Assembly (NCBI GenBank): GCA_039798785.1
Contig: JBDKFG010000009.1
Location: 27,054-91,053 of the forward strand
DNA from: Verrucomicrobiota bacterium
GTDB taxonomy: Bacteria; Verrucomicrobiota; Lentisphaeria; Lentisphaerales; Lentisphaeraceae
DNA: 64,000 nucleotides
Reading direction: 5' to 3'
Shown here: one piece after another, positions 28,630 to 40,600 of the stretch
Layout: each line of letters begins with the position of its first letter
How positions within the stretch are numbered: the stretch's first letter is position 1
Program-made: the position numbers and the translations under genes
The notes under the pieces: model-generated
The model's input: only the letters and a program-made list of their open reading frames with translations
What the model was told of the DNA's origin: nothing
Database searches by the model: none

Positions 28630-31600
28630 TCAGAGTTTGAAGAAGAAGCTGAGGACGCTTTCAAGGGATCGTTTCCAGCCCGACTTTTCGGCTTTTGGTT
28701 CTTCCGGCTTGCCATCCTCCGGCTCCTCGGCCGGCGCGGCTTCCCTGGCGGGAGGCTGTTCCTGCTGCTGGCTTTCGGGGCTCAGTTCGAAGGATTTCCG
28801 AAGCTCTTCGCGGAGGCGTTGGTCGATCTCTTCGTCGCTGGGGAGGGCGGGAAGGACCTGGAAGCTGCCGGTGAGGAGGCTGGTTTCCTGGCCGGAGACG
28901 CCGTTGGCGAAGCTTTGGAAGCGGAGGGGGGCGGCGGCCTTGTAGCTGGGCAGGACGGGAGCGGCGGCGGGCTTGACCGGGGCGAGGTAGTTGTCGACGA
29001 AGACTTCTTCGGCATCGAAGCCGGCGAAGACGCGGTATTCCTGGCTGCCGTAGCTGCTCCACTTCTCCTCCTCATGGCCCAGTTGCAAGTCCTGGGCGAT
29101 GCCGCCGAGGACCGGGCTGGCCGCTGCTGCGACCAGGCCGGGTGCAGTGGCGGTCTTGGCGACCGGCCCGGCCTGCATCAGAGCGGCGGTTTCGTTGCCG
29201 ACCTGAGTGACCGAAGCCGTGATCGCCGCCATGTTGCTGACGTTGGCGGTCAGGGTGGCCATGGTGACATTGGCGATGCTGCCGCCGTTGACCGTGGTCG
29301 ACTGCGAGCCGAGGGCGGTGGCGAGGTTGACCAGCCAGGTCTGCCACTGGGTGGGAGCCTCGGCGCCAAGCTTGACGCCGTCGGTGCCGGTGCCGCCGTC
29401 AAGGGTGACGGCGCCGCTGCCGCTGTTGGCCCGCAGATAGAGGTTGTCGTTGTCGCCGCCGCCGTAGATCTTGGTGACCGCGGTGGCGGTGTCGACGAAG
29501 ATGCGGTCCTTGTCGCTGGCTGTGACCGGGGGGTTGTTGGCGTCGCGGTTGTCACCGTAGATGGTGGTCGTCGAGCCAGCCGCTTCGACGCGGATCTGGT
29601 CGTCGCCTTCCTCGCCGGAGATGGTCAGCGAACCGGTGCCGAGAGCGACGGTGGTGACGTCGATGACGTCGTTGCCTGCGTCGCCGGAGAGGTTGACGGT
29701 GGCTCCGGCTGCGACGGTCTTGACGAAGATGTAGTCGGTGGCTTCGCTGACGGTGGCGATGATGCCGGTGACGGCTGCGTCGAGGGCTGCGAGGTTCTGG
29801 ACCGAGCTGTCCCCTTGGATGTCGACCCTGCCGCGGAGAAGAGTCGCGAGGAAGGCGTCGCTGCCCCCGTTGCCGTAGATGTTGCTGTTGTTGGCGAAGG
29901 TGTCGGTGATGAACAGGCGGTCGTTGTTGGCGCCAAGGTAAAGGTTGAAGTTCTCGGTGTCGGTACTGTAGTTTATGCCGACGTTGTTGTCGTTGTCGGC
30001 GAGGCCGTCGCCAGTTCGGTCGTTGCGGCCGAGGCCGCTGATCGAGGTGGCGCTGAGAGTGCCGGTGTTGACCTTGGTGTCGGTAGAGTCGTCGATGTGG
30101 AGGCTGTCGGTGCCGAGGCCGCTGACGACGCTGACGTTGGCGAAGATGTTGTTGAGGCCGCTGGCATCGGTGAGGCCGTCGACGGCGGGCAGGCCGGCGA
30201 TGTCCGCCTTGCTGATGCCGTTGATACCGGAGGCGCCGCCGCTGTAGGATCCGACGCCGAGGGTGATGGCGTCGTTGCCGGCGCCGCCGTCGATGTTGAG
30301 GAGGCGCTGGGCGGTCTGCGTGGCGGTTCCCTGCTTCAGGTCGGCGATCGATTCGTCACGGTTGAGGGTGGCGGATTCGAAGACGCCGACGACTTTCAGG
30401 ATGTCGGCACCGCCGCCAAGGACGACGCCCATCTTGTCGAAGTCGAAGTAGCGGAGGCTGCCGTCACCAGCGTCTTGGCTGCCGTCCAGATCGTCGCGGG
30501 CGATGCCGAAGCCGTCGATCTGAGTGTTCGAGATCCGGCCGTTGCTGGTGAGGGTGCCGGAGTTGTTGAGGTTGACGGTGTCGTAGCCGAGCTGCTTCCA
30601 AGTGTTGTTGGCGCCGCCGGTGCCGCTGAGGACGAGGTCATCGTGCTGGTCGATCGACTGGTTCTTGTAGCCGGCGTTGCCGTCGATGCGGAGGTAGCCG
30701 TTCAAGTATTGCAGCGAGTTGAGGACGGCGGCGACTTCGTTGCCGATCAGGGCGGTGGAGGAGCCGAGGTTGACGGTGTCGTCGCCTTCATCTAGAAGGA
30801 CGAAGGTGTCCGTGTTGAGCTGGGTGCTGACGATGTCGACCTGGTCGTCGAAGTTGCCGCTGAAGAGGTTGAGGAAGTCGATGTCGGAGTAGGTGATGCG
30901 CGGTTTGTTGCCGGCGTCGGTGTCGCTGGCGGCGGCGTTGTGGACGAGGGTGATGCGGTTCGATTCGACGACGAGCTTGCGGCCGCTGGTGGCGGCATCG
31001 TCATTGAGTTCGAGGTAGTTGCCGTTGACGGTGGAGACCAGGTCGGAGCCCTTGACGTCGACGTTGGCACGGATGCCGGCGAGATCGCCCGAGCTTTGGA
31101 CGAGGGCGGCCATGGAGACGAAGGAGATGCCGCTGCCGCCTTTGATCAGTTCCGGGTTGAAGCTGCGGGCGCTTTCCACGGCGGCGAGCCAGGAGATCCA
31201 CTGGCTCGGCGCTTCGGCGCCGAGCTTGACGAAGTCGCGGCCGGCGAAGGGCGTGACTCCGGTGTCGATGCTGACGCTGCCGGCACCGCTGTTAGCCTTG
31301 AGGTAGACTTCGTCGGAGCCGCCGGCGGCATTGACGAGGGTGGCGGCGCTGGCGCTGCCGATCGAGATGCGGTCGTTGTCAGTGGCGGTGGTGTCGGCGT
31401 TGATGCTGTCACGGCCATCGCCGTAGATGCTCAGGGGCGAGGCGGCGCTGAGGACGCGGATCTGGTCGTCGCCCTCTTCGCCGGAGATGCTCACCGAGCC
31501 GGAGCCGTAGGCGATGGTGCCGACGCTGATCAGGTCGTCGCCGCGGTCGCCGCCGATGGTGACGACCGCGTCTGCCGAGATGTCATCGATGAAGATCGAG

Positions 31601-34600
31601 TCATCTTCTTCGAGGACGTTGGTGGTGACGTAGTTGAGCATGCTGTTGACGGCGGCGAGGTTCTGGGTCGAGCTGTCGCCGTGGATGTCGACGGTGCCGC
31701 TGAGTCTGGTGACCAGGATGGCGTCGGCGCCGCCGTTGCCGAAGATCGCTGTCGAGTTGGCGAAGGTGTCGGTGACGAAGAGGCGGTCTCCTTGGGTGCC
31801 GAGGTAGATGTTGAGACTTTCAAGGTTGAGGCCGTAGTTGATGTTGACGGCGTTGTCGTTTTCCGCGGCATTGTCGTTGTTGCGGTCGTTGCGGCCGAGG
31901 CCGGTGATCGCGGTGGCGCTGAGGGTGCCGGTGTTGACCTTGGAGTCGGCTGAGTCGTCGACATGCAGGCTGTCATTCCCGAATCCGGCGTCGAGGGTGA
32001 CATCGGCGAAGATGCGGTCGAGGCTGCTGGAGTCGTTGATGGCGTCGATGGCGGGGAGCTGGGTGATGTCGGGCTTGCTGATGCCGTTGGTGCCTGAGGC
32101 GCCTTCGCTGTAGGTGCCGACGCCGAGGGTGATGACGTCATCGCCGCTGTTGGTGTTGACGATCAGCTGGCGTTTGATCGACTGCTGGGCGCTACCCTGC
32201 TTGATGTCGGCTTTCGATTCGTCATCGCGGTCGATGGCGGATTCGAAGACGCCGTAGACATGGAGGATGTCGCGGGCGTTGCTGAGGTTGACCGTCATCT
32301 TGTCGAAGTCGAAGTAGCGCAGGCCGCCCTTGTCGGTGGCTTCGGTGACCGAGCTGTCGCTGACCAGATCAGTGTCTTGACGTTCGATGCCGAAGCCGTC
32401 GATCTGGCTGTTGGAGATCCGGCCTTCGCTCAAGAAGTTGAGGTTGCCTTGGGCGTTGAGCGTGATGCTGTCGTAGCCGCCGAGGGTCCAGCTGTTCTTG
32501 GGGTGGCTGGCTCCGGCGAGCTCAGAGGCGATGGAGACCATCGGGGTGAGGGTGTCCAGCTCGAAGTCTTCCGGGCGGGTGATGAAGGTGCGGTTGTAGC
32601 CGGCGTTGGCCTGCAGGTTGAGATAGCCGCGGATGTGATTGAGAGTTCCGTCCTGGTAATTCTCGTCGTTGATCAGAGTGCTGGAGGCGCCGAGGATGAT
32701 GCTGTCGTCGCCGGAGCCGCCGAGGATGAAGGTGTCGGTCTGGTCGTGGGTCGAAGTGACGTCGATGCGGTCATCGCCCTGCGACAGGAAGAGGTTGAGG
32801 AAGTCGATGTTGAGGTAGTTGATCCGCCCGAGGTTGGAGGAGTGGACGATGGTGACGCGGTCGTCGTCGAGCACGAGATCGCGCTGAGCCTGGACGCCGC
32901 TGTCGTTGATTTCCAAGTAATTGCGATTGTTTTGATCGCCGCCGTCGATGTTGACTGTGCCGCGGAGGTCGGAGAGATCGCCGACGTTCTCGGAGTGGGC
33001 ATCTTCGGTCGCTGCGGCGAGAGCGGCATCGCCCTCGGCGTTGCGCCAGGCGCTGGTGCTGCCGTTCCAGGCTCCGTCGAGGCCGGTGCCGGAGGCGGCT
33101 ACCCAAGTGGCTCCTCCATCGTTGTAAGCGGAGAGGTCGGTGCCGCGGCCGAGATAGCCGTTCGCGCTGCCGTCGTTGACATGGCCGTTCTCGAGGTTGA
33201 CGAGGCGGTCCTGCCACTGGTTGGGAGCTTCGGCGCCGATCTTGATGAAGTCGAGCTCGACGATGTTGGTGACGTCATCGATCGACTGCAGGTCGGCGCG
33301 TTCACTGGTGTCGGCTTCGTTGTCGAAGGAGTTGCGGCTCGAGCCGGCCTGCAGGTTGGCGGTGCCGTAGACGTCATTGCCGCGCAGGTAGATGCGGTCG
33401 TTGTCGCTGCCGGTGTCGACCGACAGGGTGCCGCCGTTGAAGTCGACGAAGACGATGTCCTTGTCGGAGGCGCTGGAGACGCGGTTGTTGAGATCGCGTC
33501 CGTCGCCGTCGACATTGACTGTGGCCTGGGACATGATGTTCTCGATCCGGACGCCGTCGTCCCCTTCTTCGCCGCTGATGGCAAGCCGGGCGCGGAGACC
33601 GACGGTGTGGACGTCGAAGATGTCATCGCCGCGATCGCCGGAAAGCGTAACGACGGCGCTGCCTGCGACAGTGCTGATGAAGAAGTGGTCGTCGCCTTCG
33701 ACGACAGTGGCGTTCATCGCGAAGATGGCGCCGTCGAGCTGCGACAGGTTCTGGAGAGAGCTGTCACCTTCGATGGTGACCGTGCCATTCAGGGTGTTGG
33801 CGAGGAAGGCGTCGCCGCCGCCGTTGCCGATGATGGTGGTGTTGTTGGCGAAGGTGCTTTCGATGAAGAGGCGGTCGCTGTTCTGGCCAAGGTAGAGGCT
33901 GAGGTTTTCGATGTCGGTGTCGTAGAGGATGGCGACGTCGTTTTCGGTGTCGCCGTCACCGGCGCCGTCGCGGTTAGAGCGGCCGAGACCGGCGACGTAG
34001 CTGGCGGTCATGTACCCGGTGTTGAGGGCGATGTCGGTGGAGTCATCGATGTACAGGGAGTCATCGCCCATGCCGGCATTGACGATGACATCGGCGTGGA
34101 CGCGGCTGAGGTTGCTGGCGTCATTGATGTCATCGGCGATGGGCAGGCTGTCGATGTCGGTCTTGCTGATGCCGTTGTTGTCATCGGCGGCGCCGCGGAA
34201 GTAGGAGCCGACGCCGAGGGAGACGGAGTCGTTACCTTCGCCGGTGTTGAGGATGAGCTGGCGATGCTTGCTGGAGACGGCGGTGCCCTGCTTGGCGTCG
34301 GCGACCGATTCGTCAGCAGTGGCGATGCCGGAGTCGAAGACGCCGACGATGCTGAGCTTGTCGTTGAAACCGCCGAGGTTGACGTTCATCCGGTCGAAGT
34401 CGTAGTAGCGGAGGCTGCCTGAGTCGGCGGGTTGGCTGCGGTCGGTGTCATCACGATCGATGCCGAAGCCGTCGATCTGGGTGTTGGAAATGCGGCCGTC
34501 GGTCTCGACGCTGGTGTTGACCAGGTTGAGGGTGTCGTAGCCGGCGCGCTGCCAGGTGTTGTCGAGGGCGCTGGTGTTGACGACGATGTCGGCGTTGGCA

Positions 34601-37600
34601 TCGATCGATTTCTTGTTGTAGCCGGCGTTGCCGTCGATGCGGAGGTAGCCGACCAGATGCTCCATCGAATTTTGACGGGAGATGACTTCGTTGTTGATCA
34701 GGTCGGTGCTGCTGTTCAGGTTGACGGTGTCGTCGCCGGCGTCGAGGAGGATGAAGGTGTCGGTGTTGATGTGGGTGCTGACGACGTCGACGCGGTCGTC
34801 ACCGGAGCCGGTGAAGAGGTTGAGGAAATCGATGTCGTTGTAAGTGATGCGGCGGAGGTTGCCGCTCGAATCCAGCAGGCTGATCCGGTTGTTCTCGAGC
34901 ACCATCCGGGTGCCGGCAGTGTTCTTGTCGTCGTTGAATTCAAGATAGTTGTAGTGGACGCCGTCGGTATTGCCGCCGCCGCCACCACCGCCACCACCGC
35001 CACCAGCGTCGCCGCCTTCGACTGAGACGTCAGCCTGGATGCCGGAGATGAGGCCGGAGTTCTGGGTCATGATGACCGGTATCACTGGCAAGGCAGTGTG
35101 CGGACGCGACAAGGTGTAGGTCAGGTATTCCTGGCCGAGGCCGTTGAATTGGGTGCCGGGGGCGGGGGGCACGGCGGCGATGACGGTGATGCCGGCGATG
35201 ACGGGGACGCCGAAGCCGAGACTGGTGTTGTTGGTCCAGATGCCGCGGTTGAGGTTGTCTTGCGGGTTCAGGTTGTCGTCTGCCTGGTTGTCGTCGATCA
35301 GAGCGTTGGCCAGATCAAGGAGCCATTGCTGCCATTCGTCTGGAGCTTCCGCGCCGAGCTTGACGAAGTCGCTTCCGGTGCCAGTGAGACCGGCATCGAT
35401 GCTAGTGGTGGCACCTGCGTCGATGGCACGGACGTAGATTTCGTCGTCGTCGCCTTCCGTAGTGATGGTGGTGATGGTGTCGGTGTGGTCGACGAAGATG
35501 CGGTCTTTGTCAGAGGCGTTGACGACAGTATTGTTAGAGTCGCGGAGATCGCCATGGATGGTGAGGGAGGTGGGGTTGGTGAGAGTGCCGACATCACCGA
35601 CACGGATCTGGTCGTCGCCTTCTTCACCGGCGATGAGGAGGAAGCCGGTGCCGGCCAGGACTTCGCCGATGTCGACGACGTCATCGCCGCTGTCCATGGT
35701 GATGGTGACCCGGGCGTTGGCCTGGATGAGGTCGACGAAGATGCGGTCATTGCCTTCGGTGGGGAGGGTCAGGTCCGTGTTGTCACCTTGGAAATTGACG
35801 GTGCCATGCAGGCTCTTGGCGATGACGGTGTCGTCGCCCTGGTTGCCGACGATGTTGGTGATGCCATCAAAGGTGTCTTCGATGAAGACTCGGTCGTTGT
35901 TTTGGCCGAGAAGGAGGTTTAGGACGGACTGGGTGGCATCGTAGTAGATGACGTTGCCGATGCCGTTGGCTGAGCGGCCCGAGCCGGTGATGCTGCCGTA
36001 GTTGATGCCGGGGATGATGACGCCGTTGACGTCGCGCGCCGGAGCGGTGACGACGAAGGTGTTGGGGGCGGTGTTGTTGGAGTCGTCGACGGTGAGGATG
36101 TTGTTGCCTCCGCTGACGCTGTTGACGGTGACGTTGGCGAAGATGCCTTCGATGCCGTAGCGGGCTTCGGTCTGGATGCCGGCGATGTTGAGGAAGGCGG
36201 GATCCTGGGCGAATTTTTCGGAGGCGTGAGGCAGGAGTTCGACGTCGGTGGAGACTCCGTTGACGATGCCGGTGCCGGACTTGACCTCGTTGCTGCCAGC
36301 GTCGGCGTTGATCACGAGGGTGCGAGCGATGGTGGAATTGGAGTCGCGGAAGAGCGGGGCGTCGGCGCTGTCGTCACCTTCAAAGACCCCGACAAGGTTG
36401 AGGATGTCATCGGCGGCGCCGAAGTTGACCACCATGTCGTCGAAGTCGAAGTAGCGGAGGCTGCCTGCGTTGATGTCATTGCCGGTGTCCGGAGTCACCG
36501 GATTGGTGTTCCCCGGGAGGATGGCGCCTTGCAGCTGGACCTGAGCATCATCGTCAGTGCGGTCGATGCCGAAGCCGTCGATCTGGGTGTTGGAGATCCG
36601 TCCGGTGTTTATGCCGCTGGCATAGACGTCGTGGAGGACGATGAGGTCATCGCCGGTTTCGTCCCAGGTGTTGATCGAGGTCGGAACGCCTGCCGTGCTG
36701 GCATCGGCGGTGTTGTCGGTGACCAGGGTGCGGAAGTCGACGATGGATTGCAGGTTGTAGCCGGCGTTGGCGTCGAGGCGCAGGAAGCCGTCAAGGGCGG
36801 CGAGGGTGCGGGAGTTGTCGCTGAGCCCGGTGATGACGAAATCGGCATCGTCATGGAAGCCGAGGTTGATTTCATCGGCGCCCTGGTCGAGGAGGACGAA
36901 GGTGTCGGTGGTCTGGTTGGCCGAGAGGATGTCGATCTGGTCGGCCGATGAGCTGCCGAAGATGTTGAGGTAGTCGGTGTTGGCGTAGGTGAGAGTGCCC
37001 TGGGTTGCATTGCCGAAGAAGATCGCGCCGTCTTCGAGGACCAAGTCGGAGCCGTCGCCGCCGTCGTCGTTGATTTCGACGATGTTGGTGCCGGCGGCGT
37101 TACCGGTGACCGAGATCGAACCTTCGATGCTGTTAATGTTGCCGGAATTTTCGATTTCGGCGGCCATGGTCACGGCGGCGGCGTTGTCGCTGCGGTCTTC
37201 GACAATGGCGGGATTGGCGAGGAGTGCGGTTTCGACATCTTCGAGCCATTGCTGCCACTGATCGGGAGCTTCAGCGCCGAACTTGACGAAGGAGTTGCCC
37301 GTGCTCGAGTTCAGAGTCAAGGCGCCGATGCTGGTGTTGGCGCGGATGTAGATCTCGTCGTTGTTGGCACCAGTGTTGACGCTGGTGGTGGCGTTGTTGG
37401 TGTCGATGAAGACGGTGTCGTCGCCGCCGGTGGTGGTGACGGTGAGGTCGGAATTGACCGACTCGAAGCGCAAGGCGTCGGCGCCGCTGCCGGTGTTGAC
37501 GGTGACCGAGCCGGTGCCGGCAACGATCGTGGTGATGTCGACGACCTGGTCGCCGCCGTCTTCAAGGGAGATGTCGACGACGGCGTTGGCGGCGACGGTG

Positions 37601-40600
37601 CCGATGTAGACGTAGTCGCGGCCTTCGGTGGAGTTGGCGGTATTCAAGGAGGCATTGTCCCCCTCGACGCTGAAGGAGCCGGAGACTTGAGTGGCGAGGA
37701 CGCTGTCATCACCTTGGTTGCCAACGATCGTGGTGGAACCTGTGTGAGAGTCGGTGACGAAGAGTCGGTCGTTATTCTGGCCGAGGTAGATGATGAGATT
37801 TTCGGTGGAGTAGTTGACGGTGCCGAGGTTGTCGGCCTGAACGCCAGCGAGACCGGAATTGCTCATGCCGAGGCCGCTGATGCTGGTGTCGGTGAGGTTG
37901 CCGGTTTTGGTCTCGGTATTCAACGAGTCATCGAGAACGACAGTGTCAGTGTTGGCGCCGCCGGTGATGTTGACGATGCCGTGAATGCCATCGAGAAGGC
38001 CGTTTTCGGTTTCGTTGAGAGCGCCAGCCGCGAAGTATTCGAAGGCCTTGGTGCCGATGTAGAAGCCGTCGTTCCCATTGCCGCCGTCGAGGGTGACTGT
38101 TCCGAGGTTTTTGCGAATGGTGAAGGTGTCATTGCCATCGTTGCCGTTGGCGGTCACGGTGAAGTTGGTGAGATCGGCGACTTCGTCGAGGGTGTCGGCG
38201 CCAGAGCCGAGGTCGAAGAAGAGGTTTTCAGATCTAACGAACTTGACGCCGCCATCGGGATCTATGCCGAAGCCGCGGACGAAGTTGTTGGTGATCTTGC
38301 CGAGTTGGTTGGCGATTTCGGTGGTGTCGTAGAACTGAATGAAGTCTCCGTGGTATCCGGCGTCGACATTGATCACTGTTTCGGTATCTATGCCGGCGAG
38401 ATTGACGCGTTCGCCGGTTGCTACCTGATTGCCAGCGGCGGTGCTGAGGGCGGTGGTGTTCAGTACGCCGAAGCGGATGGTGTCGGCCCCGTCGTTTGTG
38501 AAGATGTCGAGGGTGGTTTTTGCCGAGCTGCTTTCGATATTGAGGAAGTCGTCTCCTTCGTTGAGTGTAAAGATGATCTTTTCGGCGCCTCCGTCGAAGT
38601 TTCCGGGGCGGTATTGGATGTCACGGCCGCTAGTGAGATGGACTTTCTGGCTGGTGACGCCGATGTTGTCGGTGCCGGAGGACCCTTGGACGAAGAGGCG
38701 GTCGATGGCGGGGACGGTGCCTTGATCAAAGACATAAACATCGCCAAGGATCGACGGCGAGTCGGTGATGAAGTAGTCGTCCGATCCTTCTCCGCCGTCA
38801 AGGACGACGCCTCGGGAGCTGGTGGCCGAGACGCTGAAGGTGTCGTCGCCTTGACCGCCGATCATCCGCTCGATCGACAGGCCGGTAGAAGTGACTGTGT
38901 TGTTGGTGCCATCGGAGCCGCCGATGGACACTGACGTGCCGCTACCGTCAAGCACGAAGTTAAGGGATTTGCTTGCGCGGATGGTGGAGAAGTCAAGGTT
39001 GTCGTCGTAATTCTTCAAAGCGGCGGGGCGCGAGTCGAAAGAACGTCCTTGCGGGTCGGTATATCTGCTCAGCGAGGTGGCGTTGGTGATCACGGCCCAG
39101 CCCCTGCCGGCCTTGGCTTCATAAGGGGACAGGTATTCAAGAGCACTGCCTTTGGCGCCGGCGTTGGAGACGTAAGCTTTGAAGCTGTCAGCATCTAGGC
39201 GTTCGAGGTAGATTTCGCGATTGATGGCGGAGTGGACGCCGCCGACGCCGGTGAGGTTAGCAACGATGTCGCCGCTGAATCCGTGTCCGGTGATGGTGAC
39301 GAGGATGTAGTTGGTGGTGTCGGGATTGTCGTCGGGGTCGAGCTCGGAGATGCTTTCGATGGCGATGGCGAGAGCAGTGAGGCCGGTGCCAGCATCGGTT
39401 TCGCCGACGCTGTCATTGCCCCAGTTGCTGCGGTCTTCGGAGGTCGTACCATAGAGGTACTTGTCGGCGCCGCCGCCGCCGTCGGTGTTGTCATCGCCGC
39501 GTCCGCCAACGAGGAAGTCCTGATCAGCTCCGCCGCGGAGTGTGTCATTCCCTTGACCTGCGTTGATGTAGTCGTTGCCGCCGCCGCCTGAGAGAATGTC
39601 GTTGCCGAGGCCGCCGAGGATGAGGTCGTTGCCGGCGCCGCCGGTGAGATTGTCGTTGCCGGCGCCGCCGCGCAAGTCGACCGACCATTTCGAGCCGAGG
39701 CCCGAGGCGTCGATTGTGTCAGCACCCTGCAGGCCGCGGAACATGATGCTATCGAAGGAGGAGCCGTCGTAGGATTTTGTAGTGGATCCCATGCGGACGG
39801 TGACGGTGTTGGCTCCGTAAGTGCCCGAGCCGGGGCTGAAGACGTACATGGTGACACCGTCGCTATCGTCGCTGTCGCCGTGGATGCGTTCCGCAGCGAA
39901 TTCGCCGGCATTGAGTCGTAAGACGCGGGTGTCTGCGAGAAGAGTTGCCAGTTTAGGTTGGAATGCGTCGCAGCCAAGTGCATCGGCGATGCCAAATAGT
40001 TCCTGGAGCGAGAAGCTGACATCGACATCGGCGTTGATGTTGACGGTGGCGTTCATGATGGTGGCGGAGAAGTAGAAGCTGGCGGATACCGAGCCGTTGA
40101 TGTCGAACATGGTGATCAGGCATTCGGGATGGATCGAGCCATCCTCATGAGTCATGATGTCGATGATCTCGTCAAGTCGGAGTTTGCCGTCTTCGTTAGG
40201 GTCTCTCAAGTCGAGGCCGATGCGGAGGTTGGCGGAGATGTTGCACTGGACCGCGAAGATGGTGATGGCGGGAATGGTGAGATAGGTCTTGCCGAAGGGG
40301 TAGTAGATGGGGATCCGGATTTCGGGAGTGCGGATGGAGATGCCGCCGCCGCCGTACATGCTGATGCCGGCTTCGACTTCGTTACCGCGCTTGGTGCGGA
40401 CGGCAAAGCCGTCGAGGAGGTCCAAGTAATTGGGTTGAAGGCCAGCGTCCTTGGCGGCCATGATCTTGTCGAAGCCATTGGAGTCATAGACGACGGAGAA
40501 GGCGGCATCGAACCAGACTCGACCGCCAATGGAGAAGTTGAGCGAGTTGCCGCCTGAGCCGAAGCCGAAGCCGAAGTTGAAGCCGGCGCTGACATGGACT

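Noticed and set aside
28462..38934. Long + strand ORFs (777, 720, 561 aa etc.) opposite the giant gene
   Set aside because: Antisense shadows of the 7,778-aa CDS.
39460..39680. RTX tract taken as evidence for an RTX toxin or classical T1SS substrate
   Set aside because: No toxin domain or acyltransferase was recognised, the tract is central rather than C-terminal, and no ABC transporter lies in the window.
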